This document shows, in pieces, positions 18,188 through 26,935 of a stretch of DNA of 64,000 nucleotides. The stretch comes from Pseudomonadota bacterium (GTDB lineage: Bacteria > Pseudomonadota > Alphaproteobacteria > Geminicoccales > Geminicoccaceae). Made by a program: the position numbers and the translations under genes. The DNA lies in contig JBCCUL010000014.1 in the NCBI GenBank assembly GCA_039197065.1, positions 36,119 to 100,118 of the forward strand. Reading direction: 5' to 3'. A model generated the notes under the pieces. That model was not told the origin of the DNA. It was given only the letters and a program-made list of their open reading frames with translations, and searched no databases. Position 1 is the stretch's first letter, and every line of letters starts with the position of its first letter.

Positions 18188-18568
18188 GGCGCCATCTCCG
18201 TCAACTGGGCACCGCGGGACTAGACGAAGGCGGTTGAAGCCGCCGCATCGCTATATGGCCGAGCGTCGCCGTTCTGGTCCAGACTTTCCTCGCCCGATCT
18301 CGACGGCAACAGGATGAAATCGATCGATAACTTTCAAAACCGGCTCAGAGGGCGATTACGGCGGATCTTGCCGATTGGGCAATTTCCTATTGAATTTGAC
18401 AGTTATCTTGGGGGAAATTGTTGCCAAGATCCTCGTTCTCTGGCGATTGACGGTCGTCGATACCAGGCAAGGCCAGGGTGATACGCGTCACATTCCGGAC
18501 GTTGCCAGTCAATTAGCTTTGATGGCACCGTGATATTGTTCGCCAATTCGTGCGTAAGGAAGTGTCTC

Positions 18569-18904
18569 ATGGAGGTCAGCATCAAGGCCGGTTTGTCGAT
18601 CATGGCGGTTTGCATGACGCTTACCGGCTGTGCCGAGATCGTCGATCCAACCGTTGGCAAGGGGCCCATAACCTTGGGTCAGGATGCCAGGCAGGCCTTT
18701 GTTGAGTATCAGTCGAAACAGACGCCCAGATATTTTGCGGTTTCGTCCGACGGTCAGGCCTTTTTCTACAGCTACTGCGATGTCGGTCGCTGCCTGCGTC
18801 AGGTCAAGACGACGGTGATCCAGCGATGCGAGGCGTTCAGCGATGGCCTTCCCTGCAGGATTTATGCAAGCCATGGGAACGTCGTCTGGCGTGACGACGG
18901 TTGA
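18569..18904 (+). CDS. Small hypothetical lipoprotein (lipobox LTGC), Cys-rich C-terminus
   Basis: MEVSIKAGLSIMAVCMTLTGC is a signal peptide plus lipobox. AAGGAAG SD sits 6 nt upstream of the ATG at 18569. Four further Cys residues occur in ...YSYCDVGRCLRQ...QRCEAFSDGLPCRIY. Confidence 0.5.
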   Translation: MEVSIKAGLSIMAVCMTLTGCAEIVDPTVGKGPITLGQDARQAFVEYQSKQTPRYFAVSSDGQAFFYSYCDVGRCLRQVKTTVIQRCEAFSDGLPCRIYASHGNVVWRDDG

Positions 18905-18944
18905 CGGGCGGCTGAACCACGTCGCTCCACCGGCAAAGCGGGCT

Positions 18945-20567
18945 TCATGCCAGCTTTTCTTTCAGATGGTCCGCCATGCGAAGCGCCAGCGCCACGATCG
19001 TCAAGGTCGGTTGCGCGCTTCCCGAGGTCGGAAAGACCGAGCTGCCGGCGATCCAGAAATTATCCACATAGTGCATCTTGCCATCGGCATCGACCACGCC
19101 CTTTTTCGGATCATCGGCCATGCGCGTCGTGCCGATAGCGTGGTTCGAGATCCAGTCGAGGTAGGAGAATGTCTCGGCTTCCGGGCTTTCGTGAAAGCGC
19201 ATCATCCAGTCGGCTGATGGTTCCTCCATGAACCAGTCGTGGAGCTTCAGGCGGCCCTTGCCGGTTCTTGCGAGCTCCGCGCCGATCACCTCAGCAAGCT
19301 TGCGCAGCGACACGTGATCCAATTCGGTCAGGCGCCAGTCGAGCACGGCGCGCGGCATGCCGAAGCTGTCCACGTCCTCCTCATCCAGCAGTACGCGACT
19401 GTCCGGGTTGGGCACGGGATCCGTGCAGCCGAAAAGCCCGATATAGCTGATTTCCTGGATGGTTTTCCTGCCCTGAACGAAGCGCTGCCAGGCCGCAACG
19501 GCGACATCGTCGAGATTGGCCATGATCCGCCACGCGGAGTCGCTATAAGGCGGTCTGCCTTCCATGCCGCGCATGCGCTCGATCAGGTCAGCAGCCGCCG
19601 CCATGCCATCGGAGGCCTTGAGCTCGGAGACCAGCCAGCAGGCCGAGTTGGTTACGCGATATTCGGCCTGAAGCGCGTCGGGCAGCGCAAAGCGCGGATG
19701 AAACTCGGCGCCGCCCCTGAACTGTCGCCTCGCCGAGTCCAAAAGGGCGACGCCGTCTGCAGAGACGATGTCGCCGATCAGCATATGCGCATGATCGGAA
19801 AAATAGCGCCCCACCAGATCATGGCGATTGCCGAAGCCGGTCGGCTCGGTCGCCCGATTGGCGAGCAGCAGCCGGGCGTTCTCCATGGCTCCTGTGGCGA
19901 GCACATAGGCCTTGGCCTTGACCTTGGCTTCCTTGCCCTTGAAGGAGCGAACGGTCACGCTCTCGACGTGATCGGCATCAGCGCTGGTCTTGATGTCCTG
20001 AAGATTGGCATGCAGCCAGATGGTGCAGCGCTCGGCGGCTTCGAGATCATCGCGGTAGACTTCGCCGAAACGGGTCGGCGGTGAGCGCTGATCGACGTTC
20101 TCGATGAGCTTCTCTGCGTCGAAGCCGGTCCGCTCGATGCCGAACTCTTCCCAGAACTGCTCATATTCCAGCCGATTGGGGAGCTCGACACGCGCTTGAG
20201 CCGGTTCGTAATAGGGAAGCAGCGTCTCCCGCTCGATCGGCCAGCCGCTGTCGGGAATCCAGTCGCGTACTTCGAAATCGATCGGATCGAGCTTCATGCA
20301 GCGCCCGCTCCAATGATTGGTCGATCCGCCGAAATAACGAAGCCTGGTCGTGTCGATCGGGTAATAGTCGAGGCCGACGACATCGCCTTCATAGATCGCC
20401 TGGCTGTCCGCCTCGATCTCCAGGCCGCCAGCTTCGAGGACGACCACATCGAGGCTGCTGTCGCGCAGCGCATGGGCGATCGTGATCCCCGCGGCGCCCG
20501 CTCCGATGATGCAAAGATCGGCTTCGATGCCGCCGTCTTCGGCGCGCTCGTCAAGATCACGGATCAT
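18945..20567 (-). CDS. GMC-family FAD-dependent oxidoreductase (large dehydrogenase subunit)
   Basis: FAD-binding motif DLCIIGAGAAGITIAHAL and the C-terminal GMC motif HAIGTTRM...VDNFWIAGSSVFPTSG. ATGA overlap with the upstream small-subunit gene. Confidence 0.9.
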   Translation of the reverse strand: MIRDLDERAEDGGIEADLCIIGAGAAGITIAHALRDSSLDVVVLEAGGLEIEADSQAIYEGDVVGLDYYPIDTTRLRYFGGSTNHWSGRCMKLDPIDFEVRDWIPDSGWPIERETLLPYYEPAQARVELPNRLEYEQFWEEFGIERTGFDAEKLIENVDQRSPPTRFGEVYRDDLEAAERCTIWLHANLQDIKTSADADHVESVTVRSFKGKEAKVKAKAYVLATGAMENARLLLANRATEPTGFGNRHDLVGRYFSDHAHMLIGDIVSADGVALLDSARRQFRGGAEFHPRFALPDALQAEYRVTNSACWLVSELKASDGMAAAADLIERMRGMEGRPPYSDSAWRIMANLDDVAVAAWQRFVQGRKTIQEISYIGLFGCTDPVPNPDSRVLLDEEDVDSFGMPRAVLDWRLTELDHVSLRKLAEVIGAELARTGKGRLKLHDWFMEEPSADWMMRFHESPEAETFSYLDWISNHAIGTTRMADDPKKGVVDADGKMHYVDNFWIAGSSVFPTSGSAQPTLTIVALALRMADHLKEKLA

Positions 20568-20980
20568 GCGAGGCTCCGATCGGCATACACGGCGGCGCAG
20601 AGATCGGCCTCGGCGCGCGCCATGACCCAGCCGTCGACGACGACGACGTCCATCGAGGCAAGATCGGCTTCGGCACGCGCGCGCAGGTGTTTCTGCATGC
20701 TTGGCAAAGGATGAGATTTCAGGTCGGCAACCAGCTTTCGGCCGCGCGTCACAGCTTGTCTTTCCTTCGCCTGGTGGATCTCGCCGATATGGGCGGCAAA
20801 GCCCGGATCACCGAACAGATCGTTGAAGACGTCGTCGGCGCGAAGGCGTGGCAACAATGAGGCGGGAATCGCTAAAACCGACAGCGAAAGGGTGACAAGC
20901 TTGATCAGGCGGCGACGTTTCACAGTGTTCCTCTGAAGGTGAAGGCCAGCAAGCCGGTGAAGGAATGAGCGCTCACCCAT
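20564..20980 (-). CDS. Small subunit of the dehydrogenase complex (Tat-like signal; sorbitol-dehydrogenase small-subunit-like)
   Basis: KRRRLIKLVTLSLSVLAIPASL is a twin-arginine-like signal, and the C-terminal VVVDGWVMARAEADLCAAVY resembles FAD-SLDH small subunits (from memory). The GTG at 20923, preceded by AGAGGAA, is a more convincing start than the ATG at 20980, which has no SD. Confidence 0.5.
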   Translation of the reverse strand: MGERSFLHRLAGLHLQRNTVKRRRLIKLVTLSLSVLAIPASLLPRLRADDVFNDLFGDPGFAAHIGEIHQAKERQAVTRGRKLVADLKSHPLPSMQKHLRARAEADLASMDVVVVDGWVMARAEADLCAAVYADRSLA

Positions 20981-21121
20981 AGGTTTGCTTCAGGTGATCG
21001 TCAATCCGATGAAGGTCTGCTTCTGGTTTAAACTCCAGGCGATGGCGCGCGTGCAAGCTTTCCATGCCGAACACGGCCGCATAAAGGCTGACTGAACATG
21101 ATGGTGCATAGATTTTACGCT

Positions 21122-21138
21122 GTTAACGCGATGTTAAC
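21122..21138. promoter_or_regulatory. Two GTTAAC palindromes 11 bp apart, upstream of the orphan receiver gene
   Basis: ctGTTAACgcgatGTTAACcg read directly. The two copies are one helical turn apart and about 60 nt upstream of the ATG at 21194. Confidence 0.25.
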
Positions 21139-21193
21139 CGAAGCATGGCAAGGTGAAGCAGATCGAGTAAATCAACCATTGCGGGCTGCCGAT

Positions 21194-21562
21194 ATGGCCA
21201 AGATTGTTGTCGTTGAAGATGAAGCTGATCTTCGGGAAATCCTCGTCGAAGAGCTCACCGACATGGGCCACGACATCGCCATCGCCGTGAATGGCGAGGA
21301 AGGGTTGGAGGTTATTCTTGAGCAGACGCCGGATCTGATCCTGGCGGACATCAACATGCCCAAGCTGGATGGTCGCCAGTTGCGCAGAACTCTGGTGGAA
21401 CAGCATCCCAACCATGCCGCCATTCCCTTCTGCTTCATGTCGGCTTTCGCTGATCAGCAGGACGTCAAGGAAGGTATGAGCACTGGCGCCACCCACTATT
21501 TCACCAAACCGCTCGATTATGGCGAATTGGAGGACTGGATCACCGACCGTCTGCCAAGCTGA
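21194..21562 (+). CDS. Single-domain response regulator (receiver only, CheY-like)
   Basis: MAKIVVVEDEADLREIL...DLILADINMPKLDG...FMSAF...THYFTKP carries the acidic pocket, the phospho-Asp context and the conserved K. There is no output domain. Confidence 0.85.
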   Translation: MAKIVVVEDEADLREILVEELTDMGHDIAIAVNGEEGLEVILEQTPDLILADINMPKLDGRQLRRTLVEQHPNHAAIPFCFMSAFADQQDVKEGMSTGATHYFTKPLDYGELEDWITDRLPS

Positions 21563-21677
21563 GGTCCGACGCGGATCTTCGGCAACCGGCGCGTGGAGCC
21601 CTGACGTCGGGCTTCGGTCTTACCTGACCGTCGTTAAGCGCTGCCATCTGTCTTTCATGGGGTCTTTGGGGCATGCG

Positions 21678-21992
21678 ATGCCAAGATCGATCGTCGTTGA
21701 CGACATAAGCGAGCCGATAACCCACCGCACACTCACGCTCGGCAATGAGCCTGTCGTCGTGACGATCGGCAAGCCCCACCCGTTCGACCCAGAACGTCTC
21801 GAGGGATACTACTGCCCCTATTCAATTGAGTTCAGCGGACGCAAAACATGTCGCTATTCCGGTGGCTCGGACGCTGCACAGGCCCTTCAGCTCGTCATGA
21901 CCATGATCAGCGCCGATCTGACGTCGCTTGGCAGAGCGCCAGGGGAAGAGATCGGTCGAGCAGACACGCCTGACGATACGGGCTTCCGGTAA
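21678..21992 (+). CDS. Small hypothetical protein (about 104 aa)
   Basis: MPRSIVVDDISEPITHRTLTLGNEPVVVTIGKPHPF...YYCPYSIEFSGRK...GGSDAAQALQLVMTMISADL. It is coding-like and sits immediately 3' of the receiver gene. The start could be 21657 or 21678. I could not assign a family confidently. Confidence 0.4.
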   Translation: MPRSIVVDDISEPITHRTLTLGNEPVVVTIGKPHPFDPERLEGYYCPYSIEFSGRKTCRYSGGSDAAQALQLVMTMISADLTSLGRAPGEEIGRADTPDDTGFR

Positions 21993-21996
21993 TCAT

Positions 21997-22370
21997 CCCG
22001 ACAAAAGACCGCATAACCCGGGACCATGTCAGCACGTTCTTCGAAGGCGGCCGAAAGTCACGAGGTGGCCACGCCACCTTCGAAGGCGGCTGCACGTCAT
22101 GATGTGGCCGTGCCACTGCTGGGGACCTTCGAAGCCATGCTTCCCGACAAAAGACCGCATAACCCGGGACCATGTCAGCACGTTCTTCGAAGGCGGCCGA
22201 AAGTCACGAGGTGGCCACGCCACCTTCGAAGGCGGCTGCACGTCATGATGTGGCTGTGCCACTGCTGGGGACCTTCGAAGCCATGCTTCCCGACAAGAGA
22301 CCGCATACCCGAGACCATCTCAGCTCGCTCTTCGAAGGCGGCCAAAAGTTATGAAGTGGCCACGCCACCA
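21997..22370. repeat. 146-bp tandem repeat, 2 full copies plus 1 diverged partial copy, with nested sub-repeats
   Basis: Copies at 21997-22142 and 22143-22288 differ at a single base (gtggccgtg versus gtggctgtg). The third copy, from 22289, is about 80% similar and runs into the stop of the GS-like gene. Each unit holds three CTTCGAAG motifs and two GTGGC-N3-GCCAC mini-palindromes. Confidence 0.9.
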
Positions 22371-23738
22371 TTAGGCGCGTTCGAAGCCGCGCTGCACGTC
22401 CCAGTCGGTGACCTCGCGATCCGCTTCGGACTGCTCCCAGCGCGCGGCATGCACGTAATGATCGACGACGTCATCCCCGAACGCATTGCGCAACATCTCT
22501 GACTCGTTGAGCGCGCGCGTCGCGGCACGCAACGTTGTGGGGATCTTGCGCGCACCTCTTCCCTGATAGGCGTCGCCGACAAAAGCCGGCTCGAGTTCGC
22601 GCTTTTTTTCGATTCCCTCCATGCCGGCGGCGAGCAGGGCGGCCATCGCGAGGTACGGATTGAGGTCGGCGCCGCCGACGCGGCATTCGACGCGGACCGA
22701 TTTGGTATCGGCGCCGCAGACGCGATAGCCGGCCGTGCGGTTGTCCATGGACCAGATCGCCTTGGTCGGGGCAAAGGTGCCGGCGACGAAGCGCTTATAA
22801 GAATTGATGTAGGGCGCCAGGAAATAGGTAATGTCGCTGGCATGGTGGAGGAGCCCTGCCATGTAATGGCACATGGTGTTGGACATGCCATGCTCGCGCT
22901 CGGGATCGAAGAAGATCGGCTTGTCCTCGAGGTCGCGGAGCGATTGGTGGATGTGGGAGGAATTGCCGGCGGCCGAGGTGCTGTATTTCGCCATGAAGGT
23001 GACGGAACGCCCTTTCGACCAGGCGATCTCCTTGGTGGCGTTCTTGATCAGCGCATGACGATCGGCCATGGTGAGAGCGTCGGCATAGCGGACGTTGATC
23101 TCCTCCTGTCCCGCATCCGCCTCGCCTTTGGAATTTTCGACCGGAATGTCCGCCCCTTCGAGCCCGTTCCGGAGGGCCCTCATCACATCCTCCTCCTTGG
23201 TGGTCTGGAAGATGTGATAGTCCTCGTTGTACGCGCTTATCGGCATCGCGCCTCGATGTCCGTTCACGCGGAGATCTTCGAAGCTCTGGTTGAAGAGGAA
23301 AAACTCGAGCTCGGAGGCCATGTAAGCCTTGAAGCCCAGGGCTTCGAGCCGCTGCACCTGCTTCTTCAGGACCGCGCGCGGGGAGTGGGGCACGTCCTCA
23401 TGGGTGTGGTGATCGAGCACGTCGCAGATGACCAGCGCCGTGCCCTCCAGCCAGGGAATGCGCCGAAGCGTCGAGAGATCCGGCTTCATGACGTAGTCGC
23501 CATAGCCTTTGGCCCAGCTGGTGGATTTGTAGCCGTCGATCGTGCTCATCTCCATGTCGGTGGCGAGCAGATAGTTGCAGCTATGGGTCTCGTCATAGGC
23601 GCTGTCGACGAAGAAATTGGCGTGAAAGCGCTTACCCATCAGCCGTCCCTGCATGTCGACCTGCACGGCGAGCACCGTGTCGATGTCGCCCACGGCCACG
23701 GCCTCTTTCAGATCATCAAAGGTTAGCGCACCCGCCAT
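22371..23738 (-). CDS. Glutamine synthetase-family ligase (gamma-glutamyl-amine ligase type)
   Basis: N-terminal beta-grasp region plus catalytic motifs ...ASELEFFLF..., ...NSSHIHQSL... and ...CRVGGADLNPYLAMAALLAAG... GGAG SD upstream. Confidence 0.9.
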   Translation of the reverse strand: MAGALTFDDLKEAVAVGDIDTVLAVQVDMQGRLMGKRFHANFFVDSAYDETHSCNYLLATDMEMSTIDGYKSTSWAKGYGDYVMKPDLSTLRRIPWLEGTALVICDVLDHHTHEDVPHSPRAVLKKQVQRLEALGFKAYMASELEFFLFNQSFEDLRVNGHRGAMPISAYNEDYHIFQTTKEEDVMRALRNGLEGADIPVENSKGEADAGQEEINVRYADALTMADRHALIKNATKEIAWSKGRSVTFMAKYSTSAAGNSSHIHQSLRDLEDKPIFFDPEREHGMSNTMCHYMAGLLHHASDITYFLAPYINSYKRFVAGTFAPTKAIWSMDNRTAGYRVCGADTKSVRVECRVGGADLNPYLAMAALLAAGMEGIEKKRELEPAFVGDAYQGRGARKIPTTLRAATRALNESEMLRNAFGDDVVDHYVHAARWEQSEADREVTDWDVQRGFERA

Positions 23739-23759
23739 CGTCCAACTCCGAATTCGGCA

Positions 23760-23799
23760 TCAAAAAAGAAAACGCGACCCAGGTCGGACCTGGGCCGCG
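23760..23799 (-). terminator. Rho-independent terminator after the TRAP operon
   Basis: On the minus strand: CGCGGCCCAGG-tccga-CCTGGGTCGCG (11-bp stem with one mismatch) followed by TTTTCTTTTTTG. Confidence 0.7.
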
Positions 23800-23816
23800 T
23801 CAGCGTTACAAAATAA

Positions 23817-24866
23817 TCAGGTGTAGCGGTAGGGCCGGCCGGCCTTTTCCATGGCCGCATTGTAGTCTTTCAGGATCTGGACGACCTTTGCCTTGGTCTC
23901 ACTCTCGGCGGCGATTTCGTCCCAGAACACCCTGGCTGCTTCCTCCACCGTCGCCCATTCCTCATCGGGGATGGTGGTGAGCTGCATCTTGGTGCCCTCG
24001 ACCCGCAGCTTGGCTTCGCCGCCCCAATACCAGTGCTGGCGATAATAGTGCGAGCTGTCCATGGTGAGCTTCAAGAGCTCCTGCAGATGCTCCGGCAGCT
24101 CGTTCCAGCGGTCCATATTGGCGAAGAAGGAGCCGCACCAGGCGCCGGAAATGTTGTTGGTGAGGAAGTAGTCGGTGACGTCAGCCCAGCCGACCGTGTA
24201 ATCCTCGGTGATGCCGGACCAGGCGATGCCGTCGAGCTCGCCGGTCTGCACCGCAACCTCGATGTCTTCCCAGGGGAGGGTGACCGGCACCACGCCGAAC
24301 TGTGCGAGGAAGCGTCCGGCGGTCGGGAAGGTGAAGACGCGTTTGCCCTGCATGTCGGCCAGGCTGTTGATCGGATCCTTGGTGGCGAAATGGCAGGGAT
24401 CCCAGGCGCCTGCGGACAGCCATTTCACGCCGACCTTGGAATATTCAGCATCCCAGATCTCGCCGAGACCCCACTGGTTGAAGAGCACGGGAACGTCGAG
24501 GGAGTAGCGGCATGCGAATGGGAAATAGCCGCCGAACACCGTGACCTCGGTCGGCGAGGCCATGCTGTCGTCATCGGATTGCACCGCGTCGATGGTGCCG
24601 TTCTGCATGGCGCGGAACAGCTCACCGGTGGGCACCAGCTGATCGGCAGTGTAGAGCTCGATTTCCATCTCGCCATTGGCGACCTTGTTGAAGCTGTCGA
24701 TCGCCGGCTTGATCACATGCTCGGCGAGCGCCGGTCCGGCATAGGTCTGCAGACGCCATTTGATGGTGTCCTGGCTGTGGATGGCGGGTGCCGCCAGCGT
24801 TGCGGTCGCCGCGCCGGCAGCGCCTGCGGCGCCAGCTTTTTTCAGAAAGTCGCGTCTCTGGGTCAT
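23817..24866 (-). CDS. TRAP transporter substrate-binding protein (DctP family) with Tat signal
   Basis: MTQRRDFLKKAGAAGAAGAATATLAAPAIHS is a Tat leader. The body has DctP-like composition. Located 3' of the dctQ/dctM-like genes. Confidence 0.9.
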   Translation of the reverse strand: MTQRRDFLKKAGAAGAAGAATATLAAPAIHSQDTIKWRLQTYAGPALAEHVIKPAIDSFNKVANGEMEIELYTADQLVPTGELFRAMQNGTIDAVQSDDDSMASPTEVTVFGGYFPFACRYSLDVPVLFNQWGLGEIWDAEYSKVGVKWLSAGAWDPCHFATKDPINSLADMQGKRVFTFPTAGRFLAQFGVVPVTLPWEDIEVAVQTGELDGIAWSGITEDYTVGWADVTDYFLTNNISGAWCGSFFANMDRWNELPEHLQELLKLTMDSSHYYRQHWYWGGEAKLRVEGTKMQLTTIPDEEWATVEEAARVFWDEIAAESETKAKVVQILKDYNAAMEKAGRPYRYT

Positions 24867-24913
24867 GATTCTGTCTCCCGTTTCGTGTTGTTCAGCCTTT
24901 CCCCAGGGCCAAT

Positions 24914-26236
24914 CTACTTGCCGTAGACGTAGTTAGGAAGCCAAAGGGCAATTTCCGGAAACGTCATCACCAGCGCCAGGGCGACGATCATGACGCCGAC
25001 GAAGGGGATGATCGAGCGATAGATGTCGCCAAGCCCGATCTCTGGCGGCGCCATCGCACGCATCAGGAACAGGTTGTAGCCGAAAGGCGGCGTCATATAG
25101 GCGATCTGCGTGGTGATCGTGTAGAGCACGCCATACCAGATCAGATCGAAGCCGAGCATCTTCACCAGCGGCACGTAGAGGGGGGCGACGATCACCAGCA
25201 TCGCGGTGTCGTCCAGAAACGTGCCCATCAGGATGAAGGAGAGCTGCATCAGGATCAGGATCATCCAGGGGTCGAGACCGAGCTGCTCGGTGAACAGGTT
25301 CTCGATCGCGCGCACCGCGCCCATCCCGTCGAACACCGCGCCGAAGCCAAGCGCTGCGAGGATGATCCACATGAACATGCAGGAGATGCCGAGCGTGTTC
25401 CTGACCGATGTCTCGAAGACTTCCTTGGTCATCCTGCCCTTCAAGACGGCGGCGAGGAACGCCGCCAGCGCACCGATCGCCGAACTTTCCACCAGGCTGG
25501 TCCAGCCATTGACGAAGGGCACCATCATCACGGCGAAAATGCCGAGCGGGAGAAGCCCGGCGCGCAGGAGGCGCAGTTTCTCGCCCATCGAGATGTCACG
25601 ATCCTCTGCCGGCAGGGCAGGGCCAAGTTGCGGCTGCAACCGGCAGCGAATAGCGATGTAGAGCACAAACATCGCCGCCATCATCAGCCCCGGCAGAACG
25701 CCCGCGAGCCAGAGCTGTCCGACTGGCTGGCGCGCGATCATGGCGTAGAGCACCAAAACCACCGAAGGCGGTACCAGGATACCCAAGCTGGAGCCTGCCT
25801 GGATCACGCCGGTCACCATGCGCTTGTCATAGCCGCGCTTCAGCAGTTCAGGCAGAGCGATCGTGGCGCCAATCGCCATGCCCGCCACCGACAGGCCGTT
25901 CATCGCGGAGATCAGCACCATCAGCAGGATCGTGCCGATCGCAAGCCCGCCGCGCACCGGTCCCATCCAGACATGGAACATCTTGTAAAGGTCGTCGGCG
26001 ATCCGGCTTTCGGAGAGCACATAGCCCATGAAGATGAACATCGGCAGCGTCAAAAGCGGGTACCACTTCATCAGCTTGATGGCGGCGGAGAAGCCGATCT
26101 CCGAGCCGCCGGTGCCCCAAAGGAGGAGGGCAGACGCAACGCCGACGAAACCGATCGCCCCGAACACCCGCTGACCCGTCAACAGCATCAGCATCATGGT
26201 CGAGAACATCAGGATCGCGATCATCTCGTAAGACAT
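24914..26236 (-). CDS. TRAP transporter large permease (DctM family)
   Basis: 440-aa polytopic protein with DctM-like helices. ATGA overlap with the small permease gene. Confidence 0.9.
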   Translation of the reverse strand: MSYEMIAILMFSTMMLMLLTGQRVFGAIGFVGVASALLLWGTGGSEIGFSAAIKLMKWYPLLTLPMFIFMGYVLSESRIADDLYKMFHVWMGPVRGGLAIGTILLMVLISAMNGLSVAGMAIGATIALPELLKRGYDKRMVTGVIQAGSSLGILVPPSVVLVLYAMIARQPVGQLWLAGVLPGLMMAAMFVLYIAIRCRLQPQLGPALPAEDRDISMGEKLRLLRAGLLPLGIFAVMMVPFVNGWTSLVESSAIGALAAFLAAVLKGRMTKEVFETSVRNTLGISCMFMWIILAALGFGAVFDGMGAVRAIENLFTEQLGLDPWMILILMQLSFILMGTFLDDTAMLVIVAPLYVPLVKMLGFDLIWYGVLYTITTQIAYMTPPFGYNLFLMRAMAPPEIGLGDIYRSIIPFVGVMIVALALVMTFPEIALWLPNYVYGK

Positions 26237-26787
26237 CAGGAACGGTCCCCGTTCGCGGTGGACTGCCCTTCGACCGTGGCCACGAGTTCGATCCCTTTAA
26301 TGCGCGCGACGTCCTTGAAGAACTCGGCGATCGCTTGCAGCAGCATCAAGAAGATGCCGATGCACATGATGATCTTGATCGGCCACATATAGGGCCGCCA
26401 GGCGGTGGCGCTGCGTTCACCATATTGGAGCGAATAGCTGGTGCTGGAGATGCCGCCATAGAGGAGCACGCCGAGGAAGAAGATCAGGAACATGACGGTG
26501 AAGGCGTCGAACCAGGCTTTTCGTATCGGCGACCAGTCACCGTAGAAGAGATCCATGCGCACATTGGAGCCGAGCTGGATCGAGTAGGGGCCGCCGAGGA
26601 TGTAATAGGCGACCATGGCGAACTGCGCCATTTCCAGGGTCCAGAGCGACGGCAGGAAGAAGGTCTTCGAGATCGACGACCAAAGCAGGATCGCCATCAT
26701 CACGAAGATGCCGTACATCATCGCGCGGCCGACGACCCGGTTGATGCCGTCGACCAGGCGGACATAGCTCCTTACGACGCTCGGCAT
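26236..26787 (-). CDS. TRAP transporter small permease (DctQ family)
   Basis: 183-aa protein with four TM helices, immediately upstream of and overlapping the DctM gene. Confidence 0.85.
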   Translation of the reverse strand: MPSVVRSYVRLVDGINRVVGRAMMYGIFVMMAILLWSSISKTFFLPSLWTLEMAQFAMVAYYILGGPYSIQLGSNVRMDLFYGDWSPIRKAWFDAFTVMFLIFFLGVLLYGGISSTSYSLQYGERSATAWRPYMWPIKIIMCIGIFLMLLQAIAEFFKDVARIKGIELVATVEGQSTANGDRS

Positions 26788-26935
26788 GGATCACCGCTCA
26801 TGGAACGCACCTCGAAAGAAAGTCGTTTCCAGTCTTTGAAGTGCCTCCCGCCTGAGTCAAGCGACCCTCGCATGTAAAATGATGGTTATGTGCAAAGCTG
26901 CGCGACCGCTTGATCGTTGAAATTCAGCCCCATGC

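Noticed and set aside
21928-22502. ORFs of 60-158 aa running through the 146-bp tandem repeat (for example 22026-22502 and 21928-22248)
   Set aside because: Their apparent length is generated by the repeat itself. The translations are repetitive and basic, overlap on both strands, and have no SD or known motif.
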